64,000 nt of DNA, taken from NCBI GenBank assembly GCA_002373935.1, contig DFKW01000002.1, forward strand, positions 4,819 to 68,818. Direction: 5' to 3'. The translations under genes were made by a program, and so were the position numbers. This document shows positions 44,630 through 53,768 of this stretch, piece by piece. Under the pieces are notes generated by a model. It saw nothing but the letters and a program-made list of their open reading frames with translations, made no database searches and was not told where the DNA came from. Each line of letters starts with the position of its first letter. The first letter of the stretch is position 1. Origin of the DNA: Alphaproteobacteria bacterium UBA3635 (GTDB lineage Bacteria > Pseudomonadota > Alphaproteobacteria > Rs-D84).

Positions 44630-45778
44630 TTAAACATCAAAATTATAATTTTTCACAGATTTCACAATCGCACGCACCAATTTATTCTGATGCGAATCCG
44701 ATTTCAGCAGTTTTTCCTCCGTCGCGTTTGACAAATGCCCCAATTCAATCAACGCCCCCGGCACCGTCGAACGCAGTACCGCAAACGGCGCATGTCGAAT
44801 ACTGGGGCCCGGCAATTTTGCAATTGATGCATTATCCATTGCACGTGAACATTTTGTTGCATATTCTTCGGATAATTCGGCAACCGCCCGTTGTTGCAGT
44901 GCCGATAACGCAACGCGTATTTCTTTGGAAAACTTTTCAAATCCCGACACACCTATTTTATCCACCGCGTTTTCGGTTTCCGCTAACTTTTGCGCCTCTT
45001 CGTCTGATGCCTTTTCAGACAATGTATAAACCGAATACCCGCGGGTTTGGCGACTGGGGTTGGCATTTGCGTGCAACGATAAAAACAAATCTGCGTGCCG
45101 CTTTTCCGCGATTTCCGCGCGTTCTGCCAATTTCAAAAATGTATCGTCACTGCGGGTCAGGTATGTTTTAAACCCGGCCGCATCCAACTCTTTTTTTAAC
45201 TTTTTTGCGACCGACAATACAACTGTTTTTTCTTTTGTTCCGCCCCGCCCGATGCATCCGGGATCTTTACCCCCGTGTCCCGCATCAATCACAATAATAT
45301 ATTTTTTATCCGCCACGGATTTTGTTGTTGTGGCACCACCACCCCCGTTCGCCAAACCCGCACCCGCGGCAAAATCAAACACCAAACGATATTCGTTATC
45401 ACCATTTGGATTCAAAACCATCACACTTGATTTATCAATCGGCGCAATAGATTTTCGCAAATCCGCAACCAAATTTAACCTGTCACCATTTTGAATACTG
45501 GAAATATTTTTAATCAGTGTTCCATCCGCCAATTTCGGACTAAACGCGCCCGCCCCCGTATTAGGCAAAGATATCATCAACTGATTTTGTGAATACGAAA
45601 TGTCATACGACGGTCGCGCGGATGTTTCAATAACCAATCGCGTTTTGCCCCCCGGTTGCACGCCCGTCCGCACAGACAACACCGAATTTTTTGCCGCAAA
45701 CGCCACGCGCGGCATCATGGCAAATGTCGCAATTCCCACACCCGACATCTGTAAAAGTGTGCGTCTTGATACTTTCAT
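44630..45778 (-). CDS. amiC: N-acetylmuramoyl-L-alanine amidase (AmiC-like, Tat signal)
   Basis: 382 aa from ATG 45778. Twin-arginine signal SRRTLLQMSGVGIATFA, AMIN-like N-domain and an Amidase_3 block IVIDAGHGGKDPG. Confidence 0.8.
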   Translation of the reverse strand: MKVSRRTLLQMSGVGIATFAMMPRVAFAAKNSVLSVRTGVQPGGKTRLVIETSARPSYDISYSQNQLMISLPNTGAGAFSPKLADGTLIKNISSIQNGDRLNLVADLRKSIAPIDKSSVMVLNPNGDNEYRLVFDFAAGAGLANGGGGATTTKSVADKKYIIVIDAGHGGKDPGCIGRGGTKEKTVVLSVAKKLKKELDAAGFKTYLTRSDDTFLKLAERAEIAEKRHADLFLSLHANANPSRQTRGYSVYTLSEKASDEEAQKLAETENAVDKIGVSGFEKFSKEIRVALSALQQRAVAELSEEYATKCSRAMDNASIAKLPGPSIRHAPFAVLRSTVPGALIELGHLSNATEEKLLKSDSHQNKLVRAIVKSVKNYNFDV

Positions 45779-45876
45779 TTCACCCCACATTATATCAAAA
45801 AACAAGAATAAAAACAAGTTTACATCATAAAAAAAATACCGCGCATTTTACGCGCGGCATCACGAATCAATTTTTA

Positions 45877-47124
45877 TCAGTTTCGGCAATTTGAAAATTG
45901 CGATGCAATCAATGTTGCCTCGGCATCGGTCAATGTTTGCACCGGCACGATATAGCAACGGGTTGTATCACGAATAATAAATACCTTGGTACCTTTTTTA
46001 TATGCCTCTTGCATTTGCGACATTTGAGAACTTGTTAAAAATGCATTTGCCGTCAGCACAGAATTTGTTAAACCCGCATTTACAACCTGGGTTGCAGTGG
46101 CGCTATCAATTAAATTACCGTTGGATAAAACCTCCATCCAAAAATTTGAATACGCACCCGGCGTCACGGCATTTTTTGCAACCGTCGCCGCATCCGGCAA
46201 TTTCTTATCGCCTGTTAATAAAGACGCCGCAACCAACAACCCGGCGGTCCCTGTTGTTGAAACCGTTGCCGCACTTGGGTTCATTTGTAAATTATCTCCA
46301 CATGCCAAATTCATACGATTTGTATATCCCGCCAACACATTATCAACCGCCGATTGCCAATCTGCGCCCTTGGCATTGACATCCAAACCAACGATTTTTT
46401 CGGCCCATCCCCAAACATTCGCGCCGACATTACCGGCATTTACAAAACGCGACACCATTTCGGCCGACCCGCCCGGCACACCCGACCCACAATAATCCGT
46501 CAATTGTGCGGTCAATTTACTGGTTGTGTCATTACCATACGCCAACGCCACCGAATGACAAGACATCGCGGCATTTAATTCCTGGCGCCGTTGAATACAT
46601 AAATCCGAACTGGACCGGGACAATTTATCCGCCATATTTGCCATAGACAACCATGTCATCAAATTTTCCTGGACATATGCCGGACATAACCGCGCCGCGG
46701 TATTCATCGCACCCGTACTGTATTTAGTATTCACATTATATTGTGGCAACAGTTGCGAATTATCTTTCTGCAGACACAACAATGCATAATTATACAAATC
46801 ATTTTGCGATACATACGCACACTTATTTTGAACAATTCCTCCCGCAACAGTTGTTCCATCGCAATATTCGTTCAAACATTGCATAATGCGTTCAGAACAC
46901 GCGGTTCCAACATCCAATTGAGTTGCCATATAATAATTTGCCAACTGATTTTGTTTATATGCGTTTGCAATTCCCGCCATACCGCGCAAACCATTACCAT
47001 TTGCATTTGATACCAACGCACGATTGGCATTTGATGTCGCGACCGTCCCCGCAGACACCGCCATCGCACCGTTCGCGCCAAACACAATTGCAACCAGGCC
47101 ACATAACGCAACAAATCTTTTCAT
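45877..47124 (-). CDS. Secreted Cys-containing hypothetical protein (415 aa)
   Basis: Signal peptide MKRFVALCGLVAIVFGANGAMA. The CSERIMQCLNEYC motif resembles CKTVFFDCMDEFC of the 955-aa protein. Confidence 0.65.
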   Translation of the reverse strand: MKRFVALCGLVAIVFGANGAMAVSAGTVATSNANRALVSNANGNGLRGMAGIANAYKQNQLANYYMATQLDVGTACSERIMQCLNEYCDGTTVAGGIVQNKCAYVSQNDLYNYALLCLQKDNSQLLPQYNVNTKYSTGAMNTAARLCPAYVQENLMTWLSMANMADKLSRSSSDLCIQRRQELNAAMSCHSVALAYGNDTTSKLTAQLTDYCGSGVPGGSAEMVSRFVNAGNVGANVWGWAEKIVGLDVNAKGADWQSAVDNVLAGYTNRMNLACGDNLQMNPSAATVSTTGTAGLLVAASLLTGDKKLPDAATVAKNAVTPGAYSNFWMEVLSNGNLIDSATATQVVNAGLTNSVLTANAFLTSSQMSQMQEAYKKGTKVFIIRDTTRCYIVPVQTLTDAEATLIASQFSNCRN

Positions 47125-47222
47125 ATAAAAAACCTCTCTCGCTTATGCTAAATTTTATCATATTTATACACCCAATGCAATTATTTATTGATTTAGCAAA
47201 CAAAATCATTATCATAATCGGT

Positions 47223-48297
47223 ATGATTACACAAAACGAAATCTTGTCCGAAATTCAAAACGATATTTTATCGCTAAGGGGGTTTCTTTGACCCGGACAA
47301 ACTAGAATCCGAGATAGCCGAATTAAACGCCCGTGCGGCGGATGAAAACTTGTGGTCGGATGCGGATGCCGCGCGCACATTGTTGCAAAAAAAATCAAAC
47401 CTGGAAAAAACATTGGCTGATTTTAATGCATTGGAATCTGATTATAAAAACCTGAGCGATTTATATCAAATTGCGCCCGAAGATGCGGATGTTTTATCCG
47501 CCATTGAATCTTTATCAAAACGCACCAAGCGCGCAAAATTCATAACACTGTTCAACGGGCCAAACGACGACAACAACGCATTTATATTTATCCAGGCCGG
47601 CGCCGGCGGGACCGAGGCGATGGATTGGGCACAAATGTTGACCCGCATGTACACCCGTTGGGCGGAACGGCACGGTTTTTCTTGTGAAGTTGTTGATGAA
47701 CACCCGGGCGATGTTGCCGGGATAAAAAGTATCACAATGAAAATCGACGGCACGCGCGCGTATGGCTGGCTGCGGTCCGAGATTGGGGTCCACCGCTTGG
47801 TTCGCATATCGCCGTTTAATGCCAATGGCAAACGCCAGACCAGTTTTGCATCGGTTGATGTTTGGCCGGACATTGACGACAGCATTGAAATCGAAATCAA
47901 TGAAAAAGATTTACGCATCGACACATATCGCTCGTCCGGCGCGGGTGGACAACACGTCAACAAAACCGACAGTGCGGTTCGTATAACACACATTCCAACA
48001 AACACCGTCGTCACATGCCAAAACGAACGCAGTCAATTTCAAAACAAAGATATGGCAATGAAAATCTTGCGCGTCCGTCTGTATGAATTGGAATTAAAAA
48101 AACGTGCCGACGCCGATGCCGCTGCCAAATCCGCCCAGAAAAAGATTGAGTGGGGCAGTCAAATCCGAAACTATGTCCTGTACCCGTATCAATTGATTAA
48201 AGATGTCCGCACCAATGTCGAAAAAACGGATTCAGACGCGGTTTTGGACGGTGATTTGGACGATTTCATGTTGGCATATTTGGAACAGTATAAATAA
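47223..48297 (+). CDS. prfB: Peptide chain release factor 2, with programmed +1 frameshift at 47286-47292
   Basis: Frame 0 reads MITQNEILSEIQNDILSLRGFL then TGA. The SD-like AGGGGG and CTT TGA C slippery site are conserved. The +1 frame continues DPDKLESE... into the 315-aa track ORF, which carries the SPF-type and GGQ (SGAGGQHVN) motifs. Confidence 0.93.
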
Positions 48298-48307
48298 AGA
48301 ACGAAAT

Positions 48308-49579
48308 TTATTCTGCGTTCATAAAATCCAAAACGCGTTTATCAAAAATCACATCACGCGGACGCAGCGGTGACGCCACATGCATATCCGCCGCGCTGCG
48401 CGTGCGCGACAACGCGACATATGTTTGCCCGTGCGCAAACGCGCCACGCGAAATATCAACCACCACCGCATCCAGTGTTTTACCCTGGGCCTTGTGAATT
48501 GTCATTGCATACCCCAGATTCAGTGGGAATTGTTTATAAGACCCGATTTCATGTTCTTGCAATCTGTCGTTTTCATCGCGAATATATTCGATTTTTTCCC
48601 ATTTTTCCGGTTTAACATTTACAAGCGTCCGCGCCGCATTTAATAGTTCAACTTTCAACCCATGCACACCCATATCGACAATTCGCCCCATCGAACCATT
48701 GTGCCATTTATCGCCATTTTTCACGAACACCACCAGCGCACCAATTTTCAGGTTTAATTTCATCGGCGCCGGCACATCTTTTTCAGAAAAATTTCCCTCC
48801 AACACACCAACAAAAGAAATTTCCGGTGCATTTATTGCACGCAGCCGCGCCGCATTTATATATTCGGCCTGTTGCCGATATGGCGTAATTAAAACCGCAT
48901 TTGCGCGCCGCGCCGCATCCGTAATTTTGCATTTATTAAAAAAATCCAACGCGCCCACATCACCCCCACGCAACCGCACCAGGTTATCCAACAATTCCCC
49001 ATCGTTTTGTCGATAAACCCTGTCAAAAGAAAACCGCACAAAATCGGACCGCGCATACACATGGCTATCAAAAAAATAAGAATTTTCGAAACCATATTCT
49101 TGCCTGTAATAATCCACCGCATCATTTGTGATAACCGGCGGCAATTGAAATAAATCACCGATGGCGACAATTTGAATTCCACCAAACGGGTCGTTATTCC
49201 GCCGTGCCTGACGTGCCAATAAATCCATCGCATCCAATAAATCGGGCGCAACCATAGAAACCTCGTCAATAATCAAGACATCGGTTGCCGTCAAAATATT
49301 GCGTGTTTTTGCCTTTAACTTTAAAAATTCAGGCATAATAAAATCGCGCGGTTGGATTTGAAACAAACTGTGAATTGTTTGTCCCCCGATATTCAGCGCA
49401 CTGACCGCGGTCGGACATGCACACACAATACGTTTTTTCGATGCACTTTTCAGATAATTGATAAATGTAGATTTTCCGGTTCCGGCCTGGCCCATGATTA
49501 AAACATTTTGATGCGTGCGTTCAATAGTATCGAACGCCAACTTTTGCACATCACTTAAAATCTGAACCAATTCTGTCAT
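48308..49579 (-). CDS. SF1 RecD/Pif1-like ATP-dependent DNA helicase
   Basis: 423 aa. Walker A GQAGTGKST, LIIDEVSM, and a C-terminal YAMTIHKAQGKT block. Confidence 0.75.
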   Translation of the reverse strand: MTELVQILSDVQKLAFDTIERTHQNVLIMGQAGTGKSTFINYLKSASKKRIVCACPTAVSALNIGGQTIHSLFQIQPRDFIMPEFLKLKAKTRNILTATDVLIIDEVSMVAPDLLDAMDLLARQARRNNDPFGGIQIVAIGDLFQLPPVITNDAVDYYRQEYGFENSYFFDSHVYARSDFVRFSFDRVYRQNDGELLDNLVRLRGGDVGALDFFNKCKITDAARRANAVLITPYRQQAEYINAARLRAINAPEISFVGVLEGNFSEKDVPAPMKLNLKIGALVVFVKNGDKWHNGSMGRIVDMGVHGLKVELLNAARTLVNVKPEKWEKIEYIRDENDRLQEHEIGSYKQFPLNLGYAMTIHKAQGKTLDAVVVDISRGAFAHGQTYVALSRTRSAADMHVASPLRPRDVIFDKRVLDFMNAE

Positions 49580-49632
49580 GGCCCAATTTTGGCATAAATC
49601 CGCATGAAAAGAAAGCGTTTTTATTTTTTAAC

Positions 49633-49661
49633 TTGCACACCCCAAAAAAAGGTGCAATAAT
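49633..49661 (+). promoter_or_regulatory. Candidate promoter of tRNA-CAT
   Basis: TTGCAC, 17-nt spacer, AATAAT, ending 9 nt before the tRNA. Confidence 0.45.
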
Positions 49662-49670
49662 CACCCCCGT

Positions 49671-49747
49671 GGGTTATTAGCTCAGTTGGTTAGAGCGGAG
49701 CGCTCATAACGCTTTGGTCGTGGGTTCGAGTCCTACATAACCCACCA
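49671..49747 (+). tRNA. tRNA with anticodon CAT (elongator Met or lysidine-modified Ile2; not an initiator)
   Basis: Acceptor GGGTTAT/ATAACCC with a paired 1:72 position, anticodon loop CTCATAA, T arm GTGGG-TTCGAGT-CCTAC, encoded CCA. Confidence 0.85.
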
Positions 49748-49857
49748 CAACGTCGTTTCATTTATCAAAACACATAATATACAGACGCACAATTTTGTGC
49801 GTATTTTTTATTTCGCCCTAACTTGCCACCCGGGAAAAAATAATATACAATAAAATT

Positions 49858-51006
49858 ATGCAAGAATTTGACATCATCATAATTGGGGCGGGTGCGTCCG
49901 GTTTGTTTGCCGCCGCGCGCGCCGCGCATGCGCACAAATCGGTGTGTATTTTGGACATGGGAACAACACCCGCACGGCGCGTTGCAATATCCGGCGGTGG
50001 AAAAAGCAATTTTACAAATATGCACGCCGACACATCACACTATTTTGGCGAAAACCCGAATTTCACACGTTCGGCCCTGACGCGATTTAGTCCAACTGAC
50101 ACAATAAATTGGGTTAAATCACACAACATCCCGATTCATGAAAAAGCACCTGGTCAGTTTTTCGCCGACGACGCGCAACACATTATTGACGCATTGTTAT
50201 CAGATACACGCGGGGTAAAAATATTTCAAAACACAACCGTCACCGCGGTTCAAAAATCGAACGATAAATTCATCATCACAACCGATAAAAACAAAAAATT
50301 CACATCCACAAAATTAGTTGTCGCCACCGGTGGCATATCTTATGCAGGATTGGGCATATCGGACATTGGATACAAAATCGCAAAACAATTTGGACATAAA
50401 ATCATACCGCCCCGCCCTGGTTTGTGCGGAATCAAGACAAAAATTTTTGATGCCGCGCTGTCCGGTATATCAATTCCGGTTGAAATCACAATCGGACGGG
50501 AAAAAATTTTTGACGATATGTTGTTCACGCATTTTGGCATTGGTGGTCCGGCGATATATCGTGCGACGGTGCGCGATTGTATGAACGGATTTACAATAAA
50601 CCTGATGCCAAACATTAATGCATACGATTGGTTGCGTGAACAAAAAAAACGAAACGGCGGACGACGGCTAAAAACGATATTGGCAACGAAATTACCAAAT
50701 AAATTGGCGGAATTTTTAACCAACGACACGCGCAACATCGCCGACATCCGGGATTCAGAATTAAAATCATTGGCCGCCCACATCCAAAACATCAAATTAA
50801 ACCACGACGATTTTTCATTATTTGGCTTTGCCATTGCCGAGGTCACCCGTGGTGGTGTTTCAACGGCACAGATATCATCCAAAACAATGGAATCGAAATT
50901 ATGTCCGGGATTATATTTTATTGGCGAGGTTTTAGACATCGCGGGCGATTTGGGCGGATATAACCTGCAATGGGCATGGGCATCCGGTGCCGCCATCGAT
51001 TTGTGA
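49858..51006 (+). CDS. BaiN/HI0933-family FAD-dependent oxidoreductase
   Basis: 382 aa. N-terminal IIGAGASGLFAA dinucleotide-binding motif, ISGGGKSNFTN, and length and layout typical of the family. Confidence 0.8.
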   Translation: MQEFDIIIIGAGASGLFAAARAAHAHKSVCILDMGTTPARRVAISGGGKSNFTNMHADTSHYFGENPNFTRSALTRFSPTDTINWVKSHNIPIHEKAPGQFFADDAQHIIDALLSDTRGVKIFQNTTVTAVQKSNDKFIITTDKNKKFTSTKLVVATGGISYAGLGISDIGYKIAKQFGHKIIPPRPGLCGIKTKIFDAALSGISIPVEITIGREKIFDDMLFTHFGIGGPAIYRATVRDCMNGFTINLMPNINAYDWLREQKKRNGGRRLKTILATKLPNKLAEFLTNDTRNIADIRDSELKSLAAHIQNIKLNHDDFSLFGFAIAEVTRGGVSTAQISSKTMESKLCPGLYFIGEVLDIAGDLGGYNLQWAWASGAAIDL

Positions 51007-51070
51007 TATACAAAACCGCCGAAATGGCGGTTTGAATTTCTGGCGCCTGTGCCACGAAGCCTTGGCGAAG

Positions 51071-51128
51071 TGGCGCGCCCAGCAGGACTCCCTCGCTCGG
51101 CACTCTGTGCCGGCTGTGGGGCATTCGT
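51071..51128 (-). other. Displaced 20-nt tRNA-Arg(TCT) 3' end fused to the conserved arm motif
   Basis: 51071-51090 is identical to 51274-51293. The minus strand reads ACGAATGCCCCACAG-CCGGCACAGAGTGCCG-AGCGAGG then GAGTCCTGCTGGGCGCGCCA. Confidence 0.75.
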
Positions 51129-51232
51129 TAGCACTCAAACTGCGCTATTGCTCGTTTTCGCTTACTCATTGTCGAACCAGACAACAATATTATTGTTGGC
51201 GATTGATTCTCGTCAATCCACTGAACACGACA

Positions 51233-51268
51233 AATAAAAAAACGCCACCTGAACGGTGGCGTTTTTTT
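51233..51268. terminator. Hairpin with flanking A- and T-runs directly 3' of tRNA-Arg(TCT)
   Basis: CGCCACC-TGAAC-GGTGGCG with an A-run upstream and a T-run downstream. Confidence 0.7.
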
Positions 51269-51273
51269 ATTTC

Positions 51274-51350
51274 TGGCGCGCCCAGCAGGACTCGAACCTG
51301 CAACCCACAGATTAGAAATCTGTTGCTCTATCCAATTGAGCCATGGGCGC
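51274..51350 (-). tRNA. tRNA-Arg, anticodon TCT
   Basis: Acceptor GCGCCCA/TGGGCGC, anticodon stem ACAGA/TCTGT with loop TTTCTAA, T arm GCAGG-TTCGAGT-CCTGC, encoded CCA. Confidence 0.9.
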
Positions 51351-51407
51351 CTGCCGGCACATTTTAAATCAAACATATTTCAATTTCAAGTTTGTTTTTT
51401 CGACACA

Positions 51408-53537
51408 TCACATCCCAAGCAACACAGAACGGACGGTTCCATGCTCGCGAACGTAAGTCGCGCAGCGGTACGCACAGTGGGTCGCACACTCAGTCGTTGA
51501 ATCGTATGGGCTGGAAAACACCCACAAATCCGAAGACGGCGCGACATTGTATTCCCCACCAACGGTTAATCCTGACACTTTGCACCAACACCCTGTCCCT
51601 GTTGTATTCCAATTCGCATTACTTAATTGACTCGATGTTGCGGCGGTCGCATATGTCCCACTTACCCCATTACACAACCCCTCGCCATACACTGTGCCGG
51701 CGCTGATACCATTGCTGGCATTGGCGGTCCAAGTCGCAGTCCAAGTCGGGTTCGCCGGAACATCGGTATTCGCAACGGTCGGTCCCGCGGTGAATGTGCC
51801 TGTGCCCGCATTGGTAAAGAAAGTTTTCGTGACGGTATCATACATCCCAATCGCACCGTCGCTGTTGCGACGCACAGGAATCATATTGCGGATCAGGGTA
51901 CCACTGGTATTTTTATGTTGATACGAATATATACGTGCTTTTGTTAAATAATTACCAGCAAAGAACAAATACATATGACCAGAAGTTTGAAAATCTGTTG
52001 ATAAAGCCTCCACAGCAACAACATCATCAAACGATAGCTTTCCTTGACCCATTGTAATCACATGCGACAAACCATCATCAGTTGGAGGTGTAGCAAATTC
52101 AATCCATGCGCTTGTGTCATAAAACAGAGTTCCTCCTGTGGGATACATGTTATAAAAACTTACCGTTGCCGACTTACCATTGCTGGAAAAATAACCAAAT
52201 AGCATATGACTTCCGCTTTCACGTGTTATATTGGAATATTTAACGGTAACCAAGTCAGTTCCTGAAAACGCAACCCCCGTATCAATATATTGTGTTCCGG
52301 TGGATTCAATGTATTCCAGCTGAGTATAACCCTGGGTGGATGTTGATGATGCCGCGTTGACATTATTCGCGATGATGGGGGCGACGAAATCCCGGAACGG
52401 GTCGGTGATTTCGTACCAGTGTGGAACACCTTGCTCATCCTCAACCAACAAACATTGTTTATACGCCGGGCAAGTGTCGTTCGCAGGGCGGGTTTGCTTG
52501 CCACTCTGCAAAGTCGCAATACTGGCGGCCTGGGCAATCGTTCGCGACACCACACTGTCCACCACACTAATCGCATTTTGCAGCGCCGTATTCAGCGGAT
52601 TAAACACCGTCTCGGTGTATTTTGTGGTTGCAATTTTTATCTTTGTTTCATGACATCCTGGATGATACGGCACATACGCCGTGGCGGTCGAACCCAATTC
52701 CAATTGAGGGTTTGCGTTTATAACATCTTGGACGGACAACTCAGAATTATCAGGTTTTTGTAATGAGAATCGCATATATCTTGCATTTTCGGGAACGGTT
52801 GCATTGAACTGATTTGTTGAGGACATTAACAGGAAAGATTTATTTTCATCGTAAAAATATGAACCATGAACAATGATATTACTATTGCTGGATGAAAACA
52901 CATATTTTTGCCCCGGGGTGACGGGAATATATTCCGACATCGCGACACGGTGTGTCATTGTTCCTGCATTTGTGCCAGTATCATCTTGAATTCCTATCTG
53001 TTGTAGCAAATTTGGGTCTAACAAATTCTTACACCGTTCCATACATGTTGCATCGTATGGCGTGTATGGTGTTGCGGTGGAACCTTGTTCGATCATCGGT
53101 CTGACCACAAGGTTATTTGCAGTGTATCCGCGCATAATGCGAATTGCGTACATACCAAGTCGCCATTCTGATGTTGCTGTACGCCTAATTGGGTCACCGG
53201 TTCTTGTGTCAAAAAAATCTGAAGTTGCATTACCACTTATATAGCCCCCATATAAATCCAAAATGTATGTTGAAGATGAGCCACCCGTTATGCCAGAAAT
53301 AGTATATGTGCCCGCAGGTAGCACCAAGTTATTTGCAGAATTAGCAACTATATAATTTGCATACTCAGAATCATCGTTTACAGAACCGTTGATAATTATT
53401 GAACCATCCGGTTGTGGTGTAAATGTAACGCCGTGCACTGTAACTGGTGATGTGTTATAAACCGGCAGCAAATTGCAATTTGCAAAACTTGGTATCGTGA
53501 ATAACAACCCGATTATTGCACATAATATTTTTCTCAT
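51408..53537 (-). CDS. Large secreted modular protein, paralog 2 (709 aa; module order B'-B-C-A-D)
   Basis: ATG 53537 after an AAGGA SD; the track start 53645 lies in a non-coding leader insert. Signal peptide MRKILCAIIGLLFTIPSFA. Shares modules with 31061-32863 in a different order. Confidence 0.8.
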   Translation of the reverse strand: MRKILCAIIGLLFTIPSFANCNLLPVYNTSPVTVHGVTFTPQPDGSIIINGSVNDDSEYANYIVANSANNLVLPAGTYTISGITGGSSSTYILDLYGGYISGNATSDFFDTRTGDPIRRTATSEWRLGMYAIRIMRGYTANNLVVRPMIEQGSTATPYTPYDATCMERCKNLLDPNLLQQIGIQDDTGTNAGTMTHRVAMSEYIPVTPGQKYVFSSSNSNIIVHGSYFYDENKSFLLMSSTNQFNATVPENARYMRFSLQKPDNSELSVQDVINANPQLELGSTATAYVPYHPGCHETKIKIATTKYTETVFNPLNTALQNAISVVDSVVSRTIAQAASIATLQSGKQTRPANDTCPAYKQCLLVEDEQGVPHWYEITDPFRDFVAPIIANNVNAASSTSTQGYTQLEYIESTGTQYIDTGVAFSGTDLVTVKYSNITRESGSHMLFGYFSSNGKSATVSFYNMYPTGGTLFYDTSAWIEFATPPTDDGLSHVITMGQGKLSFDDVVAVEALSTDFQTSGHMYLFFAGNYLTKARIYSYQHKNTSGTLIRNMIPVRRNSDGAIGMYDTVTKTFFTNAGTGTFTAGPTVANTDVPANPTWTATWTANASNGISAGTVYGEGLCNGVSGTYATAATSSQLSNANWNTTGTGCWCKVSGLTVGGEYNVAPSSDLWVFSSPYDSTTECATHCAYRCATYVREHGTVRSVLLGM

Positions 53538-53590
53538 TTTTCCCGTCCTTTTCTTTTCGATTTGTGTTTCACACAACGGTGAAACCGTTG

Positions 53591-53768
53591 TGTCATCCCG
53601 AGGGAGCAAAACCTGCGATGTCGCGCATTCGCAGTTTTGCGACACGTGGGGATCCAGGTCTATTAAAGTGTCGGCACAGCCGACGGCTTTATTATTAACT
53701 GGATTGCCACGCGTCGTTTTTACGTTCTTGGCGTTCCGCCAAGGTGTAAAAACTCCCTCGCAATGACA
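53591..53768. repeat. 178-bp segment bounded by 16-bp imperfect inverted repeats (TGTCATCCCGAGGGAG / CTCCCTCGCAATGACA)
   Basis: 14 of 16 positions are complementary. Lies inside a 355-bp stretch that is absent from the paralogous leader. Confidence 0.6.

Noticed and set aside
50340-51134. 264-aa minus-strand ORF overlapping the BaiN-family gene and the tRNA-Arg(TCT) insert
   Set aside because: It runs antisense to a well-supported flavoprotein gene and continues through non-coding repeat sequence. Its composition is shadow-like.
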